Shown in pieces: positions 49,172 through 62,734 of a stretch of DNA of 64,000 nt. Below the pieces are notes generated by a model, which was not told the DNA's origin, searched no databases, and worked only from the letters and a program-made list of their open reading frames with translations. How positions within the stretch are numbered: the first letter of the stretch is position 1; every line of letters starts with the position of its first letter. The stretch is from Lepidodermella squamata. Its lineage: Eukaryota > Animalia > Gastrotricha. The stretch covers positions 4,092,001 through 4,156,000 of the forward strand of contig JBLDXI010000013.1 in NCBI GenBank assembly GCA_047495785.1, in the 5' to 3' direction. The position numbers and the translations under genes are program-made.

Positions 49172-50852
49172 TTAAGCATGTTTTCCGATTAGAACGTCAG
49201 TTTCGTAGTAAGGAAAGATGCCGAGGCCGAAGCGTAAATGGCACGGTTTCGCGAGAGTTTTTAGCCGAGTGCGAAGGGTGAGCAAAATGAAGAGGTAAGT
49301 TCCGAACGAGGCGAACGCGTGCCACCAGGCGTGGAACTGGGTGAGCGGCGCCATGGAGCCGGGTACCATGCGGCGGACAGTTCGCAGGTCGTCGCAGTAG
49401 ACGCGATCGGTGCACCACAAAATGAAACCCATCAGGTAGAACATGAACGAGAGCAGGAACAAGCCAACCAAAGAACGGTCCTTACTTCAATTTAAAAAAA
49501 AATAAAAAAAAATAAAAAATTGCAAAATATAGAAGACCGATAGAAATCGATTAGGTTAGCAAGAAATGCAAAACAACTGGGAAATAAATAAATAAACAAT
49601 CGGTAATAAATCGGATTAAAATATAGCGTGTCCCATAAGAAAAGCAAACAAAGGAAATGCATATAAAATGAGAGTAAAAGTCATATAGAAAAATCTAGAA
49701 AAATGCCATAGGAATAATAATCAAGTATGTCTCCTGTGAGTGGGATTTAAGAAAATCCGAAGAAATTTGTTCCACCCAGGTAAAAACCGAAAATTACCGA
49801 ATTAGTTACCATCGGGGTTTTCAGTGTTTTCTTCGGTAAATTTTAATTTGTTCGGTAAACTCTGGGATACAGGATGGAAGATTCCCCCCAGTAGGCTTAT
49901 TTCGAAATTTTAGTTCAATTTCTTGAAAAAATTAGCAAATTTCCAAAATGGTTACGCAACTAATGGGACACGCTAAATTAAAATTAGGCTGATTCTAATA
50001 ATCTAATATTGATAAAAATAATAATAAAATCTATTAAAAAAATTGTGAAATTTACATTATGGCTCGCACGCCGAGGTAGATGGCCCATAATACCATGAGT
50101 GTGTAAGTTCCTTCGAAAATGAGTCGATCACCAAGAACCAGGTATGACTGAAAATACCGCAAAAAAAGTTGAAAATTCAGCATGATTATTTTAGGGGAAA
50201 TTTTACAATCGTTGATATCACGCAGGCTGAAATTAAAAGAAGAGCTAGCGGAAAGTTGAACCCGGGATTGACTTTATGAACATCGGATCTAAAATGAAAT
50301 GTTATTAAATTCAAAATAATTGAGAGGTAAAATCTATTTACAAAGCGTAGAGCATCGTCGCTGTGCCCCAAATCATCGGTAATTCGTCCATCAACTAAAC
50401 ATTTGAAAAATTAAAAAATAAATTCTGAAAATTTACAAAATAATTACCTGCATTTCGTACAACAAAGTCATGTGAAATAGACCAGAACCGAGGCCAACGA
50501 CTAAAATTCGGTTTATTTTAAATAAAAAAAATCAGAGATATTTCATACCGATAAGTGAAATGAAAGGAAGCATAAATCGCATTTCGATACGTTTTTTAGT
50601 GAAAGAACGAATAGCTGCAACGATAGGCGGTGTTATCATGGCTATTGTTGTGATTGTATTCCCTAATTTAATTACCAAAAAAATTACTCAAAATCTGTGA
50701 TTTTCATCTGGAAAAATCTTACAAAATTCGGCGATGTAAAACGTGACTTCATAATTGGTCTCGCACCAGTCAATGTTAGCCGTAACTGGGCCCCAGTAGC
50801 CAATATAATGTGACTGGTCGTAATTAGCGAGACGGTAACCCGGAGCAGGCAT
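49172..50852 (-). CDS. ACER3: Alkaline ceramidase copy D
   Basis: GYWGPVTANIDWCETNY, GLGSGLFHMTLLYEMQLMDELPM, TQFHAWWH. Confidence 0.9.
49624..49975. mobile_element. MITE with short TIRs in a ceramidase intron
   Basis: tagcgtgtcccat ... atgggacacgcta, a perfect 13-bp inverted repeat including a putative TA TSD. Confidence 0.65.
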
Positions 50853-52458
50853 TGATTAGAAAAAAATATTCAGTTATTCAGTATTGATCATGAAGTATAT
50901 AGTGTCTAAAATTGGCTAGAAATGACGGAATAAAATCAGTGTTTTAAGGAAGATCTTAAGCGTGGGTGTTTAAATGAATGAAAATCGTGTCTTAACTGCC
51001 ATGGCGGCCTTTTTACACAAAGCCAGGTTTTCATAGCGGCTGACATATACAACACAGTTTTATGTATAGATATATTCACTGCTACTACTACTACGTACTG
51101 CTATGGAGGAGACACGCACAAGGTAAATAAGAGCGTGAATGCCCACAATATTATGCGCTATAATATTACAAAATGTAGCCGGCTATTTTTCGTCCTTGTG
51201 CGCGTAAATGCACCTTTTGAAGCGCGCACGGATGCTGACAGTGTAATAATAGAAACATCACTACATCATGGCGGCGGTCTTTTACCTGTGACTGTGTAGG
51301 TACGTACCTATGATATATATGCCTAACTATCATAGGTGGGGCACGTCGATTTGCCGCGTCCGGATGTTGTTGTTGTTGCAATGATTATTAGGGAATTATG
51401 TCCGGTGACTAAATGGCCGTGGCTTATGTCGACGCCGGCGGACATTTATTGTTGTTTCATCGCTAGTTTTGATTCGATTCAGCGGCAGGAAATGAACTTG
51501 TCTATATATTGTCCAGGTGTTGCTGGGTTAATACATTCAGCTAAATTCAAATTTTGAAGTTGAACTATGGAAAATTGTCGTTTTGGCCGAAGAAAATATT
51601 GAAAAATCTAGTAATTTAACAGTTCTGCGAGTTAGTTTCGCTATTTAAACAGCTGGTTAAACATTCAAAACGTTCAGCGGATATTAGCTCTTGGAATTCT
51701 AGCCTGGATGTTTTCGTGGTAAGTTAGGAAAGATCCTGACCAGGTCACGATTAACAATGAGTTCAAAAATTTGAAATCAGTTCAAATTAGTAGCACCCAA
51801 CTGAAAAATGGGAAATTTTATACTTCGATTAATTCTGAGGCCATGAACATGCCTGGTCACAATTCAGCACAGTTGTACAATTTTTGTGTAAATTACATAG
51901 ATTTGTTTCGAAAATTCAGCAAAATCACCGTCTCGACAGCTTTCGTCTGAACTTAGGATGTTATGCGCTAAAACAGCAAATGTGCAGAACAGCGAATGCG
52001 ACAAAACAGCGAAAACTTGCATGTAAAAGATGCATGGTGTTTCTGCTGTTACTTATGTCGATGAAAAATTCGCTGTTTTGTCGCGTTTGCTGTTTGGGTA
52101 TTTGCTGTTATTGAAATGAAGAATATTTTTACTAAAAAATTGGCGTGGATACAATAAATCTATCTGAAATCTAAAGGGAAAACTAAGCATAAGATGGTGA
52201 AATTCAGGTAGAATTTTCTTGCAAATTTCTCGAGTTGGGTGCGAAAAAACTGCAGAACAGCATTTGGTGTCCAAATAAAAGGTCGCAGTAGGGATTTCTA
52301 CTCTATGTAATCCCAGAAGTTTTGATTGTTGAAATATGCGACCAGAAAGAATTTAATTTTTGGCATGTGAAAATATTTCATAATCTGCCTTCCGTCTCAA
52401 AGACGCTCCGGGATTTAATTTTCCCTACATTCAAAATTTTGACGCGATTTTTTCTTAG

Positions 52459-53050
52459 ATTTCTAAGAATCTAATTGATTTGATTGAAAACGTTCAAGCC
52501 TACTTTACAAGGCGAGCTCTCGGCTTCTCTCTGCTCGATTTTAACCGACCCTCTTATGGCCGAAGACTCGAAACGCTGAAACTCAAATTTCTTGAGGAAC
52601 GTCGTTTGGTCTATGACTTATGTTTTATGTTTAAAATTATAAATGGTTCAGTGAAAACATCTCTAATTAAAAATATTATATTCCTGTCGAACAGTAATAG
52701 AGGCCATCGCTTCCGTTTCCGTGTATATAACCCTAATAACAACTTTAAAAATCCGACTAAACCTATTTATAAAAACTACTTTCTTAATCGTATCGTTAAC
52801 GTTTGGAACAGACTGCCAGCTTTCGTGTTTAGCTTTAATGATAGTCTACCTGTTGATGTAAAAAATTATACATTTAAAAATAATATTTACCGCGTGAACC
52901 TTCAACAGTATTGTAAAGGTAATCTTATCTCTGATAACTATGATATTTAAACTTAGAAAATTGTATTGGGTTAGTGTAAGAGGCCTGCGTGCCCTTCTAA
53001 TCCTGTAAACCTATGATTTACAAATAAAATTATTATTATATATTATTATT
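52459..53050 (+). mobile_element. 5'-truncated CR1/L2-like LINE 3' end
   Basis: IENVQAYFTRR, SYGRRLETLKL..LEERRLVYDL..FKII, RGHRFR, FLNRIVNVWNRLP; AATAAA followed by a (TTA)n tail. Confidence 0.85.
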
Positions 53051-53476
53051 AGATTTCTTCAAAATTCGATCCAAATTCAAGGGCGAATCTCGAATCTCAT
53101 GAGGGCGCTTGAAAATGCAAACGAAGCGTCTAAAATCTTCGAATATTCAAGCCAACAAAGGTTTTTTTTACCGTGACGTCGAAAATTATCGAAAAAGTGC
53201 CGAAAAAATCTAAGCGATCATGCAATTAACCAAAAATTCAACAATCATTGAATTAACAGCGTCTAGAATCAGAACCAATAAAATGAAATGATAATTTTTA
53301 ACGAGCCAATTTTCTTCCAATTATTTTTATTATTTATTTGACTGCAGTAATAACGCCTAGATGGCATAAAATTATGACCAGAAAAAATCGATGGTCGAGG
53401 TCATAGTCAAGCAAAACATTTGAATAAGATGATAAAAACGAGATAATAGGATAAAAAGCGAGATTATTAAAAAAGT

Positions 53477-56400
53477 TCAATCAGAATCTGATTCGACAAC
53501 CGCTCGCTTCTTCGTTGAACGCGTCGCCTTGACAACCGGCTCAGCTTTCACCGCCTTCGACCTAGCCGGCTTTCTCTCATTCGCCGCAGCGCCGAGCGGG
53601 GTTTTCGCCACCGACGGCCGGCCGCGACCTCGGCTCGATTTCACCGGGGCTGGCGTGGCAAATTTCGCCGCTTTTTTAACGCCTGAATCCGGATTCTCCG
53701 GGTCGAAATTCTCCGCACCCTCTTCCACCTTAATCGCCCCGTCCGGGTCGTGAGCAGTCGCGAATCGCGTCAGCAATTCGTCGATTTGATCGCGAAGTTC
53801 TGGATTTTTCGTAATCGCCGCGGCTGTTGTTGGTTTTAGCTTGTTCAACGCCTGGCATAGGGTTGTATAGATAGCTTCGTCGGGTAACAAATCGGCGTAC
53901 AGGGAGAAGTTGGAGTGAAAAGCGGCAAGGCTGCGGTCGGTTAATGGCAGGTACAGGACGCAGGTTGCGAACCGACGCGCGAATCGAATGTCGTTGATCG
54001 ACTTCATTTGGCTCAGAATTCTCGACAGCAATTGGTCGGTCTGAAATTTTCATTATTTTAATAAGGAGAATTAAATTTTAAAATAAAGCAATAAAATAAT
54101 TTAGAATCACGCAGAGAGATATTTTTCACATATTTTGGGGCTCTCATGGGACATGCTTAATTTAGTCAGTGCCAGAAATAGATATTTCACGCGGGAAAAC
54201 TGAATGGCTGTTTTGCTATTTGGGTTAAACTTATCCTAGAAAGCTGTAATCTCATACTAAAAAGACTATATTCGTTTCTTGTTAATTGCAACTAAACAAG
54301 GTCAATAGGATATTTTGATAATTTTGAGCTCATGCGTGTAGCCAAGCGATAAGAATAAAATACTATTTCTCGGTTTAGCAGGCTTATTATAGAACATGCT
54401 AAAAATCTTAGCAAAAATCGCGATTTAAAAAAATTAAAATAAAAGAAATCAGAATGTACAAGAGGAAAAATAGCTACCTCAAATTACCGATCATTTCCCA
54501 ATTTTTCAGATTTATGTAGACAATACCTTAAATTTTGAAATAGAAGCCCAGCTTTGAGGGTCAAAAAACATCAAAATTATCGCTATCCCAATAATTCATG
54601 TTTGAGATTTTTCAATATTTTAGGATTAAATTATAATCCTGGGACGCTCTTTCAGTATTTACAGTCATTTATTTTTTCAGTATCCAACCTACCTCTCCTC
54701 ATCTCCCATACCCTATCCACGACTTCACTAACAAGAAATTTATGGATTCGAACTGGTTCGGTAATTATCGGTATTTGACTTGGTTAGACAAAATTTCTAT
54801 AATTTTCTGTTTCTGTTGGTTGGTTTCATAATCAATTACCATTTTAATGAAATTTTAATGTCCGCTGACCCATAAAATATCGATGCACTTGTTTTATTAT
54901 TTAAAATAAAAGTATTAGTTAATACTGGTACTTTATATGGAAAAATATGAAATTTACGAACCTGTTTGTCTTTGGTGACCAGTTTAAAGAGAAAACCAAT
55001 GATATCCTCAAAGTCCTTATCTTCCTCCAACAAACCGCCCTCCGAAATCGGAGCAGCCAATTTCGACAAAACATTGGCCATCGCATTGTACAACGCATTG
55101 TTGCGAGTCGCAATTTCGGTGATAAGCTCCTTAGACAGGGTCCGAATCGTCGGATCAGCATCCAGGGTGACCACAGCAATATCAGCCAAATGATCGCGAA
55201 TTCGAAGCATGTCATTCATAGCCAGATAACTAACGATAATCAAAGCCGTCTGGCGCAATTCCGACGCAGAGCTGGACATATCATTCTCAGCATTGAACGC
55301 GCAATTCGAGTGAAGACACGAAAATAAGACCTCGGAAATTTTCCCGGTAATTGTCGGAAAACGGATGAATAAATCAGCTAGACCGACTAGCAACGAATTC
55401 TTCGAGCCGTCAGAACTTTCTTTTGACGACAAAAATTTATCGAGGGCCTTTTCAAAAACTGGCATTAGAACTTGAGCAACAGGTTGGGAGACCAACATGA
55501 ATTTAACCAGGCAAAGAAGTGTAGCAAAAGCCGGGTTATCGCTAGTCGCGTCTTGTGAGATGATTGGTACAAAATTCGTTAGAAGATAAGCCGGGTCGGT
55601 TACCAGGTTATTCAGCAGTGAAATAACCGCGTCAGACTCAACATCAGGGGCGGTAGCACAGCCCAAGGCCATTTCCAACTCGTTAGAATCTTCGTTATTT
55701 TGCGTATTTGCCACGCTTTTTCGACTACTCGGCTTTGGTTTTTTCGACCTCGCAGCGCTTTTTTTCATGTGTTTCAGAACAGGCCCGTCTAGGAACATGT
55801 AGTGCCTCATAGCTATCTCGCCGACAGCGTAGAAAAAACGAGTCGCGGGGACATCGGCGCCTTGAAACGCCATTAAATTATCGTGTAGCTCTTGGATTAA
55901 TTTTATCACGATTTTCTCAGGGTTATCGCTCAATTCGTAAATCGCGACTATCGATGAGCGGAAAACTGAGAACCAATCAACGTCAACTGGAGTTGTTGCG
56001 AAGGAATCAGTAACGACCTTTGAGAACACCGTGAAAACTTTATGACTCGACTTCAGCCGGGAATCTGAGGTCAATAAATGACACAGAGCGTCAACGATGA
56101 ATTTTGCTATGATCAAATCAGTCGTTTCCAGGGCGATTGAGATCAAATTATCAACACTTTTAGCTAATTGAGGCGGTTTGACCTGGGACAATAAGCAGAT
56201 AATCAAGCCAATTTCGCGTCTACGAATTCGATCTCCGTTGCTTTGACCGAATTGTTTCACGATTTCCGAGAAGAAACTGGTAGGAAATTTGCCGTTGGTA
56301 TACAGGCCGGTCAGCATCTCGCCGAAACCGTCGAGCGATGAAAACGTTTGCAGGAGGGAAACTAGGCGAACGAAGTTGTCGATGACGACATTAGGCGACC

Positions 56401-57910
56401 GGCCTTCGACGTACAATCGGTCGAAAGCTTCGAGAATTTCGTCTTTCACTGGTTTCTCGATCTCACTCAACACTAAATTGTCGAGGCTTCGCAGTAAAAT
56501 TGGTTCTGATAGGCTTGCCAGACCGTATTCTGAGGCGAAAATCAGGAATTGGATCGATTCCGATAGGTCAGAAGGAGTTTTCGACTCGATGAGGTCCGAA
56601 ATTATCGGCATAACTTTCGTTTTAATGATATCCGAAAACGAAGCGCTGAACTGAGCGAATTCAGCCAAACCTGCAGAAAGTTCGGTATTTTCATTGTTCT
56701 AAAAAGAAAAAATAATGAAAATTAGACAAATTTTGAATTCCAATAGATACCTCATTTTTCAACGTTGAGCCTGACATGGCAAGCCGTAAAGCCAGTTGAT
56801 TTACTTCGACCAAGGTTGTCAGAAGTTGAATCGCGTAACGACGGACTATGCTAGATTTGTCACAGAGTCTAGCTCCTGTTGCGTGTAAAACGGTCAGCTG
56901 TTCTTCAGCTGGTAGACAGAGCTCTTTAACAAGGCTTTGTAATAGTTGGAGGGCTTTGCCGCGAACGAAAGCATTCACGTCCATAGTGTGCGATTTCAGG
57001 CAGTCGACACATTCAGCAATTAATTCGGCATCTCGCTCCTCTTGTCGGAGGGTTTTTGAGTGGCGAACAACGGCAGCTGCCATCGAAAGAACAGCGCTTC
57101 GCATTGAATAAGGATCGCGTTCAAGCAACGCGGACAAAGCTTCAAAGCAGTTTGTAGGCGAAATGATAAGAGATGGATACTTCTCAGACAATTCGAGTAG
57201 AAATGCGCAGATATTTTTCACTGTAATTTGGAAAAAAATGTAACCAGGCTGGCATGAAACTGGTTAAATTACCATTGCTACTGTCAAGCGCAAGCTCTTC
57301 TGGCTTAGCTTTCATGATTTCTGCAATAACATCGCGCAGTACAGTTGCGTTGGAGTAGGATGTACATAACAAATTGATCAGCTCCGCCGCGAAAGCAGGA
57401 CCGTATTCAATACGTTGAAGAATTTCAAAGCAGCGTAAAGCGCATTGAAATCCGTGGCTGAACTTTTTGACACAAAGTCCAATTATTTTGAACACAATAT
57501 CCTGTAGAATAGGGAAACATAAATTTGAAAAATCCTCGAATCTTCAACTTGCTTTCAAATCTTTCAGTCGGTTGTAGCCTCCATCCTCAACGACCCGATA
57601 ACAAGCATTTGTCAAACTCAAGATGAAAGAATCATCGATAGCGGCAGATTCAGCGAATGATTTTGAATATTGCTCAACGATTGTGTAGATCCTCTTGAAG
57701 CGATGCAGGCGTTCTTCGTCTACAAAGGCGTAATCGTTGGCTGCTTGCTTTTTCGCTTTAGTTCTTGCCTATATGTCAGATGCATAACAAATTCAAAGAT
57801 AAATATTGGCCAACTATTACCTTTCCGATGTTTTCCAAAGTCGCTTTGACCTTCTCTTTGGTTGCAAGATTGTCGACTTCTTCCAACAATTTTGTAGCTT
57901 CCGCGATCAT
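53477..57910 (-). CDS. NCAPD2: Condensin I HEAT subunit CAP-D2/Cnd1; multi-exon, 5' end uncertain
   Basis: KNICAFLLELSEKYP, DPYSMRSAVL, DVNAFVRGKALQ, RLCDKSSIVRRYAIQLL, DLFIRFP, LAMNDMLRIRDHLADIA, NALYNAMANVLSKL; basic C-terminal tail ending VVESDSD. Confidence 0.9.
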
Positions 57911-58971
57911 CGTGCCCCAATGTTGAGATATCAGTTATTACAAATAAGAAAGAAGTACTGGTATTCTACGATTAAGGAATGTCAGAAAGACAGATAATTA
58001 ATGATAATATCGTGCAGATCCAAGCCTCGGATGGAGGCAAAAAGAAGCTTTCCTCGACTGCTGGTCAGCTGTTACTCTTGGCGAGAGTTAGGCTTCGCTG
58101 CAGCATTTGTTACACTATACCAGGGATAATTTTCCTGCCACCTGCAGCTAAATATATCCATCAAAGAGTCAGAAACTTGAGGCATTACTCTCCGATACTT
58201 CGAAAGGCAACAAAAACTACCGGCTTCGACAAAAACGTCCGCCCTCCCTTCTATCTGGCTACAGACATCGAGAACCCGCGATCTGCTGGGCGCGCCGATC
58301 AAAGCCAAGTTTTTGAATTTCGCGCTCAAAAATAAGTTATTCTCAAAATCAAGTTATTACGCAGTTTTTACATAATTTTCAACAAAATATTTATAGGTGT
58401 GAAAACTAATTGCTAGTTTTCTTAAGCACGTGACACGTGACGACGCGAGAGCCGAGCTGCAGTTAACCTTTGTACAGCTGACGGCTTCTACCTACTTGCC
58501 GCTCACGTGTCATCATGCTAAATGGCCCGCAACAGGTATGCTTGCGTTCGCGATGTTTCTTTTAACGTGGTCATCGGACGCAGTTGTCGTTAATAATTGT
58601 TCCATGTTTTACATCCAAGTAACCCAAAACCCGAGTCATATAGCTCTCTCATCTCTCATCGGACTTTTACTTTAACCATAACCTGTTGTCTGGAATTAAT
58701 GAATAGGTCACTAGATATTCTCTTCAATGTTCTTTTTTCACATGCCCATTTTTGCAGTCTGGATACATTAACTCAGCATTTGATTTTTCCGCTAGCTTAA
58801 CTCATATCTGATCTAACAATCGATATTGGAGACTGCTCAATCTTTAATCTTGTGATCTTCGTATGCTTCTTTGATTTTCTTGTTCTTTGCGTTTTGCGTT
58901 GTATTAAGAATTTTCAATTTAGTTCATTCATTCATTCATTTAGTTCATTGTATTAGCATTCTAACGAACGA

Positions 58972-61320
58972 ATGGGTCGTCTTGGAAGAGATTTTAGTCA
59001 ACGTCCCAAGAAGGGCAAGGGGAAAAAGACAAGAAAGCAAGCCCCGCCGTCCTTCCCGCATTTGGATATGCCCAAAGAGATCAGCAAAACATCTATGCGC
59101 AGGTAACTATATATTTTGCTTATTTTTCGCACAAACACGTCTGCATTCCTGTTTCATAGACAAAAGAAGCGCATGGCTAAACAGATAGTGAAGCAATTGA
59201 CTATCAGTGATGACAAAAAGAAAAGATCGAAAGATGACGACGATATCATTGCAACAGCTGATACAGAGTGGCTCCCTGATGACATGATGGATCCAGATGA
59301 GGACATAGATGAACCGGAAGCGAAAATTGAAACTAAGAAATCTAAACTCGCTCTACCAGGTCTTTCAGCTAGCGAAGGCGAGGAATCTGGCGACGAAGAA
59401 GGCATTGCGATGGATGACGATGACGTTGAAGTCGCAGATGAATTCTTGCCATCAGACGAAGAGGACTCGGAAGAAGGTTCCGATGATGACGATATGGACA
59501 TGGAAAAGGCTTCCAAAAAAATTGATCTTAAGCGCAAGAAGATGAAGTAAGGCTTATCAAATCCTGCGTTCACTTTTAAATATATGTTTAATTAGGGAGA
59601 TGATTCAGGACGAAGATTCCGAAGGGGCTATTTCAGACATGAGTGAAATGAGCGGCGATGAAGAAGAGGAGGACGGAGAGGCTGAGGAAGGTGACTCGGA
59701 GATGGAGCTTAATCTTGATACAGCTCCTCCATCTGAACTTCCTGGTCAGGTGTTAAATCACGAGGAGTTGTTGGAGCGCATTAACACCAATGTCGATGCA
59801 TTCCGTAACCCGAAAGGCCCGGCCGCTCATGGCCGTAAACGAAGTGAAATTCGAGCTCAATTGGTCGCAGATCTATCGACATATTATGGATACAATGAAT
59901 TTCTTGTTGGGAAATTTTTGGATTTATTCCCCGGAGAGATTATCGAGGCGCTGGATGCCAATGAAATCGATCGTCCGATGACGATTCGTGTTAATACGCT
60001 GCTCACGAGACGTCGTGACTTGGCGCAGGCGCTAATGAATCGCGGTGTTAATCTCGAGTCGATTGGCAAGTGGTCGCAAATCGGCCTGGTCATTTTCGAC
60101 TCGAAAATCCCTATCGGTGCTACTCCGGAATACTTATCCGGTCACTACATACTGCAAGGCGGGTCGTCTCTTTTGCCGGTAATGGCTTTAGACCCGAAGG
60201 AGAACGACCGTGTTCTTGATATGTGCGCTGCTCCGGGAGGCAAAACTACTCATATTGGTTTGTATGGAAAGAAAATCGATAAATATAGTATAAATCGTGT
60301 TTTTTGCAGCTCAATTGATGAGAAATACTGGCTCAATAATAGCGAACGATGTACATAAAGAGAGATGTGCTGCTTTAGCTGCCAACATCCATCGCATGGG
60401 CGTTACCAATACGTCGGTTTGTTGCCTGGATGGCCGTAAATTTCCAAAGGTATACATGATTCATTTACCCGCTATTGATTATTTGTAAAAAATGTTTTTG
60501 TAGCTATTCAATGATTTTGACCGAGTTCTGCTTGATGCGCCATGCAGCGGTACTGGTGTTATATCTAAGGACCCTTCATGCAAAACTAGCAGGGTAAGTT
60601 TTGTTTGTTCAAGCCGGTGTTTGCGCCGCGCTCGTCACTTCATTGACTATTCATATGCGTATAACACCTGTTTTTTCCGCTATTCTCCCTCGCCTCGTAT
60701 AGGATCAGAAAGACATTAAACGCACTGCCCACCTTCAAAAAGAGTTGATCCTAGCGGCGATCGACAGCGTCGATCCAGATATAACAACTGGGCACGATGG
60801 ATCGAATGGTGGCGTTATCGTTTACTCGACTTGTTCGGTTCTAGTCGAAGAAAACGAGGACGTTATTGCCTATGCCCTGCGAAAACGGTACGTTAAACTG
60901 GTCGAAACTGGTCTCGAGTTCGGCGAGGATGGATTCACGCAATTCGGTCAGTTTCATTTCTCGCCGCAAATGAAGCTATGCAAACGCTACTACCCTCACA
61001 CTAACAACTTGGACGGGTTTTTCGTTGCGAAATTGGTGAAATATTTGAACGGAAAGCGAGTTGTCAAGCAGAAGAAGGGCAAGAGCTTGTACTCGGACGA
61101 TGAGGAGGTGGAGGAAACGGCGAATGACCACGAAAGCAGCGACGATTCTGGCGATGACAGCGGCAGCGACGGCAAATCGGCGGGTAAACAGCAGAAAAAT
61201 GGTGCTAAGAAGCCGAAAGCTCCCAAGGGAACGAAGCGATCGGGCAAGAAGTCGAAGAAACCAGCGGCGAAGAAGAATAAGAAGAACGAGTACAAAATCA
61301 GAAATAAGAAAAAGAACTAG
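58972..61320 (+). CDS. NOP2: NOP2/NSUN1 28S rRNA m5C methyltransferase, multi-exon
   Basis: MGR..KKGKGKKTRKQ N-terminus; YYGYNEFL, RPMTIRVNTL, IGATPEYLSGHYILQG, LDMCAAPGGKT, FDRVLLDAPCSGTG, VYSTCSV, PHTNNLDGFFVAK. Confidence 0.96.
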
Positions 61321-61428
61321 CTCAATTCTAGCTTTATTAATCAATCAAATTGTGCATTAATAAACTGACTTTCTTGTTTGGGTTTGAACTAATTTTTTTT
61401 CTCTTTCACTAGACCTTTATGTTATTTG

Positions 61429-62734
61429 ATGGTTTCATTCCGACTGGTTGCTGTAATCGTAGTCGCAGCTCTTGGGCCGTTTCAATTCGGATATAACACT
61501 GGCGTGATCAATGCGCCTCAAAATGTAAGATTGCTTTCACTAATTGATTTTCTCTTGAATTTCTTGAGAATATCTTAATTGGTATTAAATGATGATTGCT
61601 CTTAGCGTGAGATTGAATGGCGTTTTAGCAAAAAAATTCAAAAATTACTTGAAAATTCAGGGAATAAACTAGAAAATTAAATGGAAATTTCTCGATAATA
61701 TACATTACGGCAATGAATTAAATTTGTATGTTTGCACCAGGGGAGGCGATTCTATCATATCGCTTGAAAATTCCAGTGATTTGAATTAATTTGGCGTTTA
61801 ATATCGAATTAATCTGATTAAATAAATACTTACTCAAAATTGAAAAATCCAAAGACTTATTATTTTTTAACCCATTTTTAATCTTTTGCAATGGTTTGTC
61901 TCGCCAAGTAGTTCATGATGTTGGTATCTTATCTTTCATTCGGTTTTTTTTTATCTGTGACAGACTATAACCGCATTCATCAATGAGACGAGCGACTTGA
62001 AAGGATCATGGGCGCCAAATATATCGGACGACGGCCTAAAAACGGCGTGGAATGTGGTTGTGGCGATGTTTTCCGTCGGCGGCATGATCGGCAGCATGCT
62101 GGTCGGAGTTCTGTCCAACTACCTCGGCCGACGCTACTTCATTTTCGCACTGTCAATCGGCGGAGTTGCTAGCGGCCTAGTTCTAGGCCTTGCCAAAACC
62201 GGAAACAGCTATTTAATGCTGGTTCTAGGCCGGTTGATGGTCGGTTTCGTGACTGGGGCCTACACCGGGGTTGTGCCTATGTATTTATCGGAAGTCGCCC
62301 CGCTTTCACTGCGAGGCGGCATCGGAGTCGTCAATCAATTAGCCGTAGTTTCTGCAATTTTAATTTCTCAAATATTCGGAATTTCCGATTTGATGGGCAC
62401 CGAAGAGTTATGGCCTTTGCTACTCGGATTCACCGCAATTCCTGCCGTTATTCAAACATTCTTAGTATTATATGTGTGCCCGGAAAGTCCGCGATTTTTA
62501 TTGATTTCGAAGGAGGACGAAGCTGGCGCCAAGAAGGTATTGCGGTTATTGGCGGGACCTGACGGGATTTACGAGGTTGATGCTCAAATCGACGAGATGA
62601 GACGCGAGGCGGCCGAGTTGCGGCGCGAGGAAGTTCTCACCGTGCGAGATCTCTTTAAACGACGCGAACTGCTGTGGCCACTTTTCATTGCCGTTGTTAT
62701 GCAACTCAGCCAGCAGCTTTCAGGAATTAATGGC
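61429..62734 (+). CDS. SLC2A: Facilitative glucose transporter (GLUT/SLC2A class I-like), exons 61429-61524 and 61964-62734; remainder not seen in the window
   Basis: FQFGYNTGVINAPQ, FSVGGMIGS, LGRR, VPMYLSEVAPLSLRG, CPESPRFL, QLSQQLSGING. Confidence 0.92.

Noticed and set aside
60594-60702. Intronic snoRNA in the unusually GC-balanced NOP2 intron
   Set aside because: No convincing C/D or H/ACA boxes by eye; would need an Rfam scan
59154-61344. Long antisense and alternate-frame ORFs over NOP2 (similar ones over FAM43, the VWA-like gene and NCAPD2)
   Set aside because: Shadows of acidic or basic low-complexity coding sequence on the true strand
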